The notes beneath the pieces were generated by a model that searched no databases, was not told where the DNA came from, and saw only the letters and a list, made by a program, of their open reading frames with translations. From an uncultured Flavobacteriaceae bacterium (GTDB taxonomy: Bacteria > Bacteroidota > Bacteroidia > Flavobacteriales > Flavobacteriaceae), in contig CALADZ010000098.1 in the NCBI GenBank assembly GCA_937890575.1, positions 5,594-69,593 of the forward strand: a stretch of 64,000 nt of DNA. Reading direction: 5' to 3'. This document shows, piece after piece, positions 31,331 to 40,105 of the stretch; within the stretch, counting starts at the first letter, position 1, and each line of letters opens with the position of its first letter. Position numbers and translations under genes: made by a program.

Positions 31331-33186
31331 ATTTAATCAGTATTGAACAAGTCGCTCGCTCATTTGGCGAGCGTATTTTATTTAAAGATATTTCCTTTGG
31401 CATCAACAAAGGACAAAAAATTGGTTTGATCGCTGAAAACGGTTCTGGCAAATCCTCCCTTTTGGACATCATCGCAGGCAAAACCCTCCCTGATCAAGGG
31501 CAGGTGAACTACCGAAAGGACATGAAACTCGCATTTCTGGCACAAGAGCCTGAGTTGAACAACGAATGGACCATTGAAGAGACATTGACCAGAGCAGATC
31601 ACCCCATGATGCGTGTGATCACTGCATATGAACACGCACTGCTTCATCCGGAGGATGAAAAAAGTTATCAGGTTGCTTTTGAAGCCATGGAGCGATCCAG
31701 TGCTTGGGATTTTGAATTTCAGTACCAACAAATTTTATCTCGATTAAAGCTGGAGGATTTAACCCTTAAAGTGGGGAATATGTCCGGTGGCCAAAAGAAA
31801 CGTTTAGCACTAGCTTTAGCTCTGTTAGAGACCCCTGATGTCTTGTTGTTGGATGAGCCGACCAACCACTTGGATTTAGAGATGATTGAATGGCTAGAAG
31901 CCTACTTTGCCAAGGAAAAGATGACCTTGTTTATGGTGACCCACGATCGGTATTTCCTGGAGCGGGTATGTGATCAAATCATCGAGCTCGACAGAGGCGA
32001 GTTGTATCACTACTCGGGAAACTACAGTTATTTCCTGGAGAAAAGACAAGAAAGACTGGCGCTTGAAGCGTTAATGCAACACAAAAATGATCAGGTTTTT
32101 AAATCTGAATTGGATTGGATCAGAAGACAACCAAAAGCAAGAACCACCAAATCAAAATCCAGGATTGACGATTTTGCTGCCATTGAGGCAAAAACCAAAC
32201 AGCGCAGACAGGAACACAAAATCCAACTCGAGATCAATATGAATCGGTTGGGGGCCAAAATCATTGAATGCCACAAAGTACACCACGCTTTTGGACAAAA
32301 AGTAATTCTTGATGGGTTTTCCTATCATTTTCAACCGGCCGAAAGGCTGGGAATTGTCGGAAAGAATGGGACGGGAAAATCTACTTTTCTCAATTTAATC
32401 AGCGGCAAAATTGATCCACAGGGAGGTAAAATAGTCTTGGGAGAAACTGTTCAAATCGGATACTATACCCAAGCGGGTATCGAAGTAAAACCAGGACAAA
32501 AAGTCATTGAAGTTATCCAAGAATTCGGCGAATACATTCCGCTAAAACACGGACGCCAACTCAGTGCGTCTCAACTGCTGGAACGATTTTTATTCGACCG
32601 AAAAAAACAATACGACTACGTTGAAAAACTAAGTGGTGGGGAGCGCAAAAGACTTTACCTGTGCACAGTATTGATTCAAAATCCAAATTTCTTAATCTTA
32701 GATGAGCCGACCAATGACCTGGATGTAGTGACCCTGGGCGTATTGGAATCTTTTCTGCTCGACTTCCCTGGATGTCTTGTTGTGGTTTCGCACGACCGCT
32801 ATTTTATGGACAAAATTGTCGACCATTTATTGGTGTTCGAGGGCCAAGGAGCCTTTACTGACTTTCCGGGCAACTATTCGGATTATCGAGCCTATACTCA
32901 AGACGCCCCTAAATCTTCTTTAAGCCAAAGCGCTGAAACGAAAAAAGAGGTGACCAAAGTAAAGACTCCACAACAAAACCTGCAGATTAAAAAAGAAATA
33001 CAAAAGATAGAGACTCAAATCTCCGTCTTAGAAAAAGAAAAATCGGAACTTGAATTGGCTTTTTTGAACCCTGGATTGAGTCCAGAGGAAATGACCAAAC
33101 TTTCCATTAAATTGGCCAAAGTAACCGATGAGATTGATGAGAAAACGATGATCTGGATGGAATACAGCGATGAAATGGGTCAGTAA
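31327..33186 (+). CDS. ABC-F family ATPase
   Basis: Two NBDs (GENGSGKSS / GKNGTGKST; MSGGQKKRLALA / LSGGERKRLYL), no TM segments, and a C-terminal coiled coil. Confidence 0.92.
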   Translation: MNLISIEQVARSFGERILFKDISFGINKGQKIGLIAENGSGKSSLLDIIAGKTLPDQGQVNYRKDMKLAFLAQEPELNNEWTIEETLTRADHPMMRVITAYEHALLHPEDEKSYQVAFEAMERSSAWDFEFQYQQILSRLKLEDLTLKVGNMSGGQKKRLALALALLETPDVLLLDEPTNHLDLEMIEWLEAYFAKEKMTLFMVTHDRYFLERVCDQIIELDRGELYHYSGNYSYFLEKRQERLALEALMQHKNDQVFKSELDWIRRQPKARTTKSKSRIDDFAAIEAKTKQRRQEHKIQLEINMNRLGAKIIECHKVHHAFGQKVILDGFSYHFQPAERLGIVGKNGTGKSTFLNLISGKIDPQGGKIVLGETVQIGYYTQAGIEVKPGQKVIEVIQEFGEYIPLKHGRQLSASQLLERFLFDRKKQYDYVEKLSGGERKRLYLCTVLIQNPNFLILDEPTNDLDVVTLGVLESFLLDFPGCLVVVSHDRYFMDKIVDHLLVFEGQGAFTDFPGNYSDYRAYTQDAPKSSLSQSAETKKEVTKVKTPQQNLQIKKEIQKIETQISVLEKEKSELELAFLNPGLSPEEMTKLSIKLAKVTDEIDEKTMIWMEYSDEMGQ

Positions 33187-33610
33187 CCAATTATGGCAGA
33201 TACAGAGCTGGACGAGCTATTACTTGAATTCGACACATATTCAAGGGATACACTCTCCTTTTGTATTCGATTTTCATCAGAATTTTTGGAAAAAATATTC
33301 AAGGCAGAATTCAGACTGGGAACAGGCCATTCAACGTTGGTTTGAACAAGGACTGATTTTCGATGAAAAAAAAAGTATATTTGCTCAGGCAAATGCGCAT
33401 GAAATCACTGATGATCAGTGGCATAGACTTCAAGAGATGGCCCAGTTTGAACGCGGCACGGTATTGATAAAAAACATCAGAAGCAACCGTACATCTTGGA
33501 TAAATTGGAAGATGTTAAGCGAGATTTTTACCCTGTCAATCGACACGGGAAAACACGGAATTCTGGTGGCTAAAAAAGGACAGGAAAAAGAATATTTTTG
33601 GCTAAAATAG
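33170..33610 (+). CDS. hypothetical protein; ends resemble a class I SAM-dependent methyltransferase family but the core is missing
   Basis: N-terminal GIHSPFVFDF and C-terminal LSIDTGKHGIL...KEYFWLK resemble the family termini as recalled. No glycine-rich SAM motif is present. Confidence 0.5.
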   Translation: MKWVSNQLWQIQSWTSYYLNSTHIQGIHSPFVFDFHQNFWKKYSRQNSDWEQAIQRWFEQGLIFDEKKSIFAQANAHEITDDQWHRLQEMAQFERGTVLIKNIRSNRTSWINWKMLSEIFTLSIDTGKHGILVAKKGQEKEYFWLK

Positions 33611-33615
33611 CTCAG

Positions 33616-34167
33616 ATGAAGATCTATACAAAAACTGGAGACCGAGGAAAAACCATGTTGCTTGATGGCAACATAGTGGACAAAAACGATGCGCGCATCG
33701 AAGTTAATGGGTGTTTGGATGAACTAAACACACGTCTTGGTTTGTTGCGCGATTCCGACATGGATCCAGAAATCAATCTTGAATTTATTGCTATACAAAA
33801 GGCCCTTTTCGAAATAAGCGCTACGCTAGCAGTGGATCGAAGTGGCGAAATGTCGCGATTTGACGCCGCTCATTGGGACCTACTGGTTGAAGCCATGGAA
33901 GTGCGTATGGATTATTGGGCGACCATACTACCCCCGCTAACCAATTTTATCATACCAGGCCCAAACCCGAAAGTTGGTTTAGTGCACTTGGCAAGAACCT
34001 GTTGCCGAACTGCGGAGAGAAGATTAGTAGGCTTAGATCAATTGGCTGAAATACCTGTACAGACGGTAGTTTTTGTCAACCGTTTATCCGATTATTTGTT
34101 TGTTTGGGCCAGGATGGTCAGTCTGCGTGAAGGGGTTGATGAAACCCTTTGGATATCAAATCCTTAG
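33616..34167 (+). CDS. PduO-type ATP:cob(I)alamin adenosyltransferase
   Basis: MKIYTKTGDRGKT N-terminus. ATG 33616 is preferred over TTG 33598. Confidence 0.88.
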   Translation: MKIYTKTGDRGKTMLLDGNIVDKNDARIEVNGCLDELNTRLGLLRDSDMDPEINLEFIAIQKALFEISATLAVDRSGEMSRFDAAHWDLLVEAMEVRMDYWATILPPLTNFIIPGPNPKVGLVHLARTCCRTAERRLVGLDQLAEIPVQTVVFVNRLSDYLFVWARMVSLREGVDETLWISNP

Positions 34168-34216
34168 ATACCAACTATTTAATTATTATTTAACTTGCAC
34201 GGATGGGATTAAAAAT

Positions 34217-34224
34217 TATTTTTG
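34217..34224 (+). promoter_or_regulatory. putative -7 box (TATTTTTG) for the DUF2795-like gene
   Basis: Exact TAnnTTTG, 28 nt before ATG 34253. Confidence 0.45.
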
Positions 34225-34252
34225 CAAAAATCTAATTTAACCCCAAACCGCT

Positions 34253-34477
34253 ATGTACTGGACTTTAGAATTGGCTTCATATTTGAGCGATGCGCCTTGG
34301 CCAGCAACCAAAGACGAATTAATTGATTACGCCATCAGAACAGGGGCACCATTAGAAGTCGTAGAAAACCTTCAATCCATGGAAGAAGAAGGTGGTGAAA
34401 TCTACGAAAGCATCGATGAGATATGGCCGGATTACCCTTCAGACGAAGACTATCTTTGGAACGAAGACGAGTATTAA
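34253..34477 (+). CDS. DUF2795-like small protein with acidic tail
   Basis: 74 aa with WPATKDELIDYAIRTGAPLEVVENL. A -7 box lies upstream and a strong terminator downstream. Confidence 0.7.
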   Translation: MYWTLELASYLSDAPWPATKDELIDYAIRTGAPLEVVENLQSMEEEGGEIYESIDEIWPDYPSDEDYLWNEDEY

Positions 34478-34482
34478 ACCTG

Positions 34483-34494
34483 TTGACAAACAAA
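34483..34494 (+). repeat. 12-nt direct repeat copy 1 (TTGACAAACAAA)
   Basis: Exact copy recurs at 34549-34560. The two copies flank the terminator. Confidence 0.6.
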
Positions 34495-34497
34495 CCT

Positions 34498-34526
34498 AAA
34501 AAAGCCTCTGCAGAGGCTTTTTTTTT
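34498..34526 (+). terminator. intrinsic terminator after the DUF2795-like gene
   Basis: GCCTCTG (34504-34510) pairs with CAGAGGC (34511-34517), followed by T9. Confidence 0.8.
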
Positions 34527-34529
34527 ACG

Positions 34530-34537
34530 TATTTTTG
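34530..34537 (+). promoter_or_regulatory. putative -7 box (TATTTTTG) for secA
   Basis: Exact TAnnTTTG just after the terminator T-run, 48 nt before ATG 34586. Confidence 0.45.
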
Positions 34538-34542
34538 AAAGG

Positions 34543-34566
34543 TTTTGCTTGACAAACAAAGCAAAA
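34543..34566 (+). promoter_or_regulatory. 8-bp perfect hairpin at the predicted 5' end of the secA leader
   Basis: TTTTGCTT (34543-34550) pairs with AAGCAAAA (34559-34566), loop GACAAACA. Starts 6 nt after the -7 box. Confidence 0.35.
34549..34560 (+). repeat. 12-nt direct repeat copy 2 (TTGACAAACAAA)
   Basis: Exact match to 34483-34494. Overlaps the secA-leader hairpin loop. Confidence 0.6.
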
Positions 34567-34585
34567 TATAGCATTTTATTACCAG

Positions 34586-37500
34586 ATGAGTTTTATTAAT
34601 CAAATTCTAAAAGTGTTTGTAGGCGACAAAGCCCAAAAAGATGTACAATCACTTCAGCCTTTATTACAAAAAATTAAACAACACGAACAAGCGCTATCCC
34701 AATTAAGCGCCGATGAACTTCGCCAAAAAACCAAGGCGTTTAAGACGTACATCGCTGCACAAACATCAACGCTTGATCAACAAATTGACGCATTAAAACT
34801 AGAGAGTTTATCCCAACAGGATATCGATGCCAACGAGGCCCTTTACATCCAAATTGATGAACTTCAAGTACAACGCAAAAAAACTATTGACGAGGCATTA
34901 GATCATTTATTACCAGAAGCATTTGCTGTTGTTCGAGAGACGGCTAAACGATTTGCCCAAAGTGATTCGATCACCGTCACAGCTACGGAACAAGACCGAA
35001 TTTTTTCGGCAGACAAAGATTATATCGTTTTATCGGGTGATCAAGCCAAATGGCATACCAGTTGGAATGCTGCTGGGAAGGCGGTGCGTTGGGATATGGT
35101 TCACTATGACGTGCAGCTGATCGGGGGAATGGTGCTTCATCAAGGTAAAGTTGCTGAAATGCAGACAGGTGAAGGGAAAACCTTGGTAGCTACCCTACCC
35201 GTTTACCTCAACGCACTCAGTGGATTAGGAGTTCATCTAGTCACAGTCAATGATTATTTGGCCAAAAGGGATAGCGCCTGGATGGCTCCAATTTTTGAGT
35301 TTCATGGACTTACCGTCGACTGTATTGACCATCATCAACCCAATTCACCGGGAAGAAGAAAAGCCTATTTAGCCGATATCACTTATGGGACTAACAATGA
35401 ATTTGGCTTTGACTACCTCAGAGACAACATGGCTCATCAGCCCGGCGAATTAGTACAAAGACCCCACCACTATGCCATTGTGGATGAGGTGGATTCTGTA
35501 TTGATTGATGATGCACGTACCCCATTAATTATTTCTGGCCCCGTTCCTGAGGGCGATCGACATGAGTTCAATGAATTAAAGCCTCAGGTTGAGCGATTGG
35601 TGAATGCCCAACGCAATTATCTGACTGGTGTATTGGTTGAAGCCAAGAAGAAAATAGCTGAAGGGGACTTAAAAGAAGGTGGATTTCAGTTGCTCAGGGT
35701 ATACCGTGGTCTACCCAAAAACAAAGCGTTGATCAAATACCTCAGCGAGGAAGGAATCAAACAATTGCTTCAAAAGACTGAGCGGCAATACATGCAGGAC
35801 AACAACCGCGAAATGCACAAGGTGGATGAAACACTGCTTTTTGTCATCGATGAGAAAAACAACCAAATAGAACTGACCAATAACGGTATTAAAGAGTTAT
35901 CCTCAGCGGATAATTCTGATTTCTTCATTCTACCAGATATTGGGACAGAAATGGCTAAAATTGAACAAAAAGGTTTAGAGCCATCCGTACAAGCTGCAGA
36001 AAAAGAGCAATTATTTAGAGACTTCTCGATAAAAAGTGAACGAATTCACACCTTGAACCAGCTGCTTAAAGCGTATACTCTGTTTGAAAAAGACGTAGCC
36101 TATGTCGTCATGGACAACAAGGTGATGATTGTCGATGAGCAAACAGGAAGGATCATGGATGGAAGAAGGTATTCCGATGGATTACACCAAGCGATCGAGG
36201 CCAAGGAAAATGTGCGCATTGAAGCATTGACCCAAACATTTGCCACCGTGACCTTGCAAAACTACTTCCGCATGTATTACAAGCTGTCTGGTATGACTGG
36301 AACTGCAGTGACTGAAGCAGGGGAACTTTGGGAAATATACCAATTGGATGTTGTGGAAATTCCCACCAATCGACCAATAGCTAGAAAAGACAAGGAAGAC
36401 CTCATTTACAAGACAAAAAGAGAAAAATACAACGCCATAATCGATGAAGTCGTCGGGCTATCCGCTCAAGGAAGGCCAGTACTTATCGGAACTACCTCCG
36501 TAGAGATTTCAGAATTGCTCTCGCGCATGCTCGATTTGCGCAAAGTTCCCCACAATGTACTGAACGCAAAACTCCACAAAAAAGAAGCTGATATTGTGGC
36601 CGAGGCTGGAAAACCTGGAGTGGTCACTATTGCCACCAATATGGCCGGTCGTGGTACGGACATTAAACTCAATGAAGAGGTCAAACAGGCTGGCGGTCTA
36701 GCGATTATCGGGACAGAACGACACGACTCTAGAAGGGTTGACCGACAGTTAAGGGGTAGGTCTGGGCGCCAAGGAGATCCAGGTAGCTCACAGTTTTATG
36801 TGTCTTTAGAAGACAACCTCATGCGCCTATTTGGATCTGATCGAGTGGCTAAACTGATGGACCGTATGGGTCTTGAAGAAGGTGAAGTCATCCAACACAG
36901 CATGATGACTAAATCCATTGAGCGCGCTCAGAAAAAAGTTGAGGAAAATAACTTTGGCATACGCAAACGCCTTTTGGAATACGACGATGTCATGAACGCC
37001 CAGAGGGAAGTGATTTACAAACGACGCAGACATGCACTAAACGGCGAACGATTACAACTCGACATTGCCAATATGATGTTTGATACGTGTGAATTAATCT
37101 CAGAACAAAACAAACTAGCTGGAGATTTTAAAAATTTCACATACGAGATAATCACCTATTTTGGACTTGAACCAGGAATTAATGAAGAGACATGGAGCAA
37201 GATGAGCGTAGGCCAATCAGCCCAATACCTCTATCAAATGGTCCGTGAACGGTATACAGAAAAAATGGAGCGTGCTGCCCAATCAGCTTTTGGGGTTATT
37301 GAAAAGGTCTACAATGATCCAAATAGCCACTTTGAGCGAATATCCGTTCCATTTACTGACGGAATGAAATCGTTAAATGTAGTTACGCACTTAGAGAAAG
37401 CTTACCAAACACAAGGGAAACAGTTAGTTGCCGACTTTGAAAAAAACATCAATCTAGCACTGATCGACGAAGCCTGGAAAACTCATTTGCGCAAAATGGA

Positions 37501-37945
37501 TGAATTAAAACAATCCGTTCAGCTTGCTGTTCACGAACAAAAAGATCCTTTGTTGATCTATAAGTTTGAAGCATTTGAGCTCTTTAAATCGATGATCGAC
37601 CGGGTAAACAAGGAGATTATATCTTTCTTATTTAAAGCACAACTACCTGAAGGGCCTCAAGCGCCCTCAGTGAGAGAGGCACAAGTGATCCGTCCTAAAG
37701 AAAAACTCGCCTTGTCAAAAGAGGAGGTACTCAACAGTGATGAGCGAGCTGCACAAGCGCGTAATGCAGGAGCTACTGCCTCAAAACAGGCGTCTGTGGA
37801 AACTGTGGTACGCCAAGCCCCCAAAATGGGAAGAAACGACAAAGTGATGATTAAGAACATGATGAACGGGGAACAAAAGGAAATGAAATACAAACAAGCA
37901 GAGCCCTTGCTAAAACAAGGAACTTGGGTGCTGGTAAATTCATAA
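34586..37945 (+). CDS. secA: preprotein translocase ATPase SecA
   Basis: MQTGEGKTLVATLP and DEVDSVLIDDARTPLIISG; 1119 aa. Confidence 0.97.
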   Translation: MSFINQILKVFVGDKAQKDVQSLQPLLQKIKQHEQALSQLSADELRQKTKAFKTYIAAQTSTLDQQIDALKLESLSQQDIDANEALYIQIDELQVQRKKTIDEALDHLLPEAFAVVRETAKRFAQSDSITVTATEQDRIFSADKDYIVLSGDQAKWHTSWNAAGKAVRWDMVHYDVQLIGGMVLHQGKVAEMQTGEGKTLVATLPVYLNALSGLGVHLVTVNDYLAKRDSAWMAPIFEFHGLTVDCIDHHQPNSPGRRKAYLADITYGTNNEFGFDYLRDNMAHQPGELVQRPHHYAIVDEVDSVLIDDARTPLIISGPVPEGDRHEFNELKPQVERLVNAQRNYLTGVLVEAKKKIAEGDLKEGGFQLLRVYRGLPKNKALIKYLSEEGIKQLLQKTERQYMQDNNREMHKVDETLLFVIDEKNNQIELTNNGIKELSSADNSDFFILPDIGTEMAKIEQKGLEPSVQAAEKEQLFRDFSIKSERIHTLNQLLKAYTLFEKDVAYVVMDNKVMIVDEQTGRIMDGRRYSDGLHQAIEAKENVRIEALTQTFATVTLQNYFRMYYKLSGMTGTAVTEAGELWEIYQLDVVEIPTNRPIARKDKEDLIYKTKREKYNAIIDEVVGLSAQGRPVLIGTTSVEISELLSRMLDLRKVPHNVLNAKLHKKEADIVAEAGKPGVVTIATNMAGRGTDIKLNEEVKQAGGLAIIGTERHDSRRVDRQLRGRSGRQGDPGSSQFYVSLEDNLMRLFGSDRVAKLMDRMGLEEGEVIQHSMMTKSIERAQKKVEENNFGIRKRLLEYDDVMNAQREVIYKRRRHALNGERLQLDIANMMFDTCELISEQNKLAGDFKNFTYEIITYFGLEPGINEETWSKMSVGQSAQYLYQMVRERYTEKMERAAQSAFGVIEKVYNDPNSHFERISVPFTDGMKSLNVVTHLEKAYQTQGKQLVADFEKNINLALIDEAWKTHLRKMDELKQSVQLAVHEQKDPLLIYKFEAFELFKSMIDRVNKEIISFLFKAQLPEGPQAPSVREAQVIRPKEKLALSKEEVLNSDERAAQARNAGATASKQASVETVVRQAPKMGRNDKVMIKNMMNGEQKEMKYKQAEPLLKQGTWVLVNS

Positions 37946-37950
37946 CACAG

Positions 37951-39510
37951 ATGCGAAAGATATTTTTTTACACCATTTTGCTGACTTGTACCCTATCTTG
38001 GGCACAGCAGTCCTTGAGTCAAGGTCCTTTTGATCAATTAATTATTCGAGGGGTTACCTTGATCAACGGAACAGGTGCGCCACCGCAAGGTCCCGTGGAT
38101 GTTGTTGTGGAAAATAATGTCATTACGCAAGTAAGGGTGGTTGGATACCCCAATGTCCCTATTAATCCCAAGAGTAGACCTGCTTTAAAGCCAGGTGGTC
38201 ACGAAATTGATGCCACAGGGATGTATTTGTTGCCTGGATTTGTGGATATGCATGGCCATATTGGAGGAGATGCTCAGGGAACTTCCCCCGATTATGTATT
38301 TAAGTTATGGATGGCCCATGGGGTAACTACAGTCAGAGAACCCAGTGGTCGAGGTTTAGATATTACCTTGGCCCTAAAGAGAGATAGTGAGAAAAATAAG
38401 ATTATTGCCCCGAGGATTTTTGCTTACACCGGATTTGGCGAAGGCCAAAAAGGAGGTATCAATACCCCGGAACAGGCTAGACAATGGGTGCGTGAAAACG
38501 CCAAAAAGGGAGCGGATGGCGTTAAATTTTTTGGTGCAGAACCCGCCATCATGGAAGCTGCGCTTCAAGAAAACAAAGCACTTGGATTACGGTCAGCTTG
38601 CCACCACGCTCAACTTAATGTAGCGCGATGGAATGTCTTGCATTCTGCGCGTGCAGGACTCACTTCTATGGAGCATTGGTACGGACTTCCAGAAGCGCTT
38701 TTTGAAGGACAAACCGTTCAACAATATTCACTTGACTACAACTACAACAACGAGCAAAATAGGTTTGAGGAAGCGGGTAAACTATGGGCTCAAGCAGCAC
38801 AACCTGGCACCGAGAAATGGAATGCCGTTATGGATGAATTACTTGCCCTAGATTTTACCATTGACCCTACATTCAATATTTACGAGGCCAATAGAGACCT
38901 GCAGGCAGCCCGAAGAGCCGAATGGCACGAACTATATACCCTCCCATCACTTTGGCGTTTTTATCAACCCAGTATGATATCTCATGGTTCCTACTGGCAC
39001 GATTGGGGTACTGAACAAGAGGTGGCGTGGAAGAAAAACTACCAACTTTGGATGCAATTTATCAATGAGTACAAGAACAAAGGAGGTCGTGTAACCACAG
39101 GATCTGACTCAGGTTTTATATTCCAACTCTATGGTTTTGCTTACATCCGTGAATTAGAATTAATGCGGGAAGCTGGTTTTCATCCACTTGAAGTAATCCA
39201 ATCCGCCACACTAAAAGGAGCTGAAGCACTGGGTGTAGCAGATCAAATCGGGAGTATCGCCGTCGGAAAGAAAGCGGATATGGTATTGGTTGGCGAAAAT
39301 CCACTACAAAACTTCAAGGTACTTTATGGTACAGGAGCGATTAGACTTAATCAAGACAACGAAGTCGTTCGCGTTGGCGGAGTTCTGTTTACCATTAAAG
39401 ACGGTATTGTGTACGATGCAAAAGCATTGTTAGCTGATGTGAGAAAACAAGTGGAAGAAGCGAAAAAGGCAGAGAATTTTGAAATCAAACAACCAGGAGT
39501 TCATGAATAA
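37951..39510 (+). CDS. exported amidohydrolase-family metallohydrolase
   Basis: Signal peptide and PGFVDMHGHIGG metal-binding motif. ATG 37951. Confidence 0.8.
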   Translation: MRKIFFYTILLTCTLSWAQQSLSQGPFDQLIIRGVTLINGTGAPPQGPVDVVVENNVITQVRVVGYPNVPINPKSRPALKPGGHEIDATGMYLLPGFVDMHGHIGGDAQGTSPDYVFKLWMAHGVTTVREPSGRGLDITLALKRDSEKNKIIAPRIFAYTGFGEGQKGGINTPEQARQWVRENAKKGADGVKFFGAEPAIMEAALQENKALGLRSACHHAQLNVARWNVLHSARAGLTSMEHWYGLPEALFEGQTVQQYSLDYNYNNEQNRFEEAGKLWAQAAQPGTEKWNAVMDELLALDFTIDPTFNIYEANRDLQAARRAEWHELYTLPSLWRFYQPSMISHGSYWHDWGTEQEVAWKKNYQLWMQFINEYKNKGGRVTTGSDSGFIFQLYGFAYIRELELMREAGFHPLEVIQSATLKGAEALGVADQIGSIAVGKKADMVLVGENPLQNFKVLYGTGAIRLNQDNEVVRVGGVLFTIKDGIVYDAKALLADVRKQVEEAKKAENFEIKQPGVHE

Positions 39511-40105
39511 GTTGCTGTTGATTTTATTTTTAGCCGTGGGTATGGCTCAAGGTCAAACTCAAAAATCTAGCCTTAAAAAAGCCTATTTCGCAGGGGGGTG
39601 TTTTTGGTGTGTCGAAGCTGTATTTGAATCCCTCAAAGGGGTTGAAGAAGCTGTGTCTGGCTACGCAGGAGGAAATTATGCCAATCCTACTTATGAATTA
39701 GTGGTTCAAGGAAGAACTGGACACGCAGAAGCGGTGGAAGTTATTTACAATCCCCAACAGATTTCTTTTAAAACATTGGTGACTGCTTTTTTTGAGTCCC
39801 ATGACCCAACAACCTTAAATCAACAAGGACCTGACCGAGGAACTCAATACCGATCAATTGCCTTCTTCAGCAACGCTCAAGAACGCCAAGATATTGAATC
39901 CGTGATGGCCCAACAGGCAATTAAATACAAAAAACCTATAGTCACCGAAATACAGCCCATGACGTTATTTTATGCCGCTGAAGGGTACCACCAAGACTTC
40001 GAAAAGAAGAACCCCAATAATCCATACATCAGGGCCGTTTCCGTCCCTCGTTTTGAGGCTTTCAAAGCAAAAAGACCAGATTTACTTAAAAAAGACAGCC
40101 ACTGA
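39503..40105 (+). CDS. msrA: peptide-methionine (S)-S-oxide reductase MsrA with signal peptide
   Basis: AYFAGGCFWCVEAVF motif and MNKLLLILFLAVGMAQG signal. ATG 39503 overlaps the upstream stop by 8 nt. Confidence 0.93.
   Translation: MNKLLLILFLAVGMAQGQTQKSSLKKAYFAGGCFWCVEAVFESLKGVEEAVSGYAGGNYANPTYELVVQGRTGHAEAVEVIYNPQQISFKTLVTAFFESHDPTTLNQQGPDRGTQYRSIAFFSNAQERQDIESVMAQQAIKYKKPIVTEIQPMTLFYAAEGYHQDFEKKNPNNPYIRAVSVPRFEAFKAKRPDLLKKDSH

Noticed and set aside
34335-34574. A 79-aa minus-strand ORF spanning the DUF2795-like gene 3' half, the terminator and the secA promoter.
   Set aside because: It runs antisense through a strong terminator hairpin and a promoter. Its translation is basic and low-complexity, with no supporting signals.
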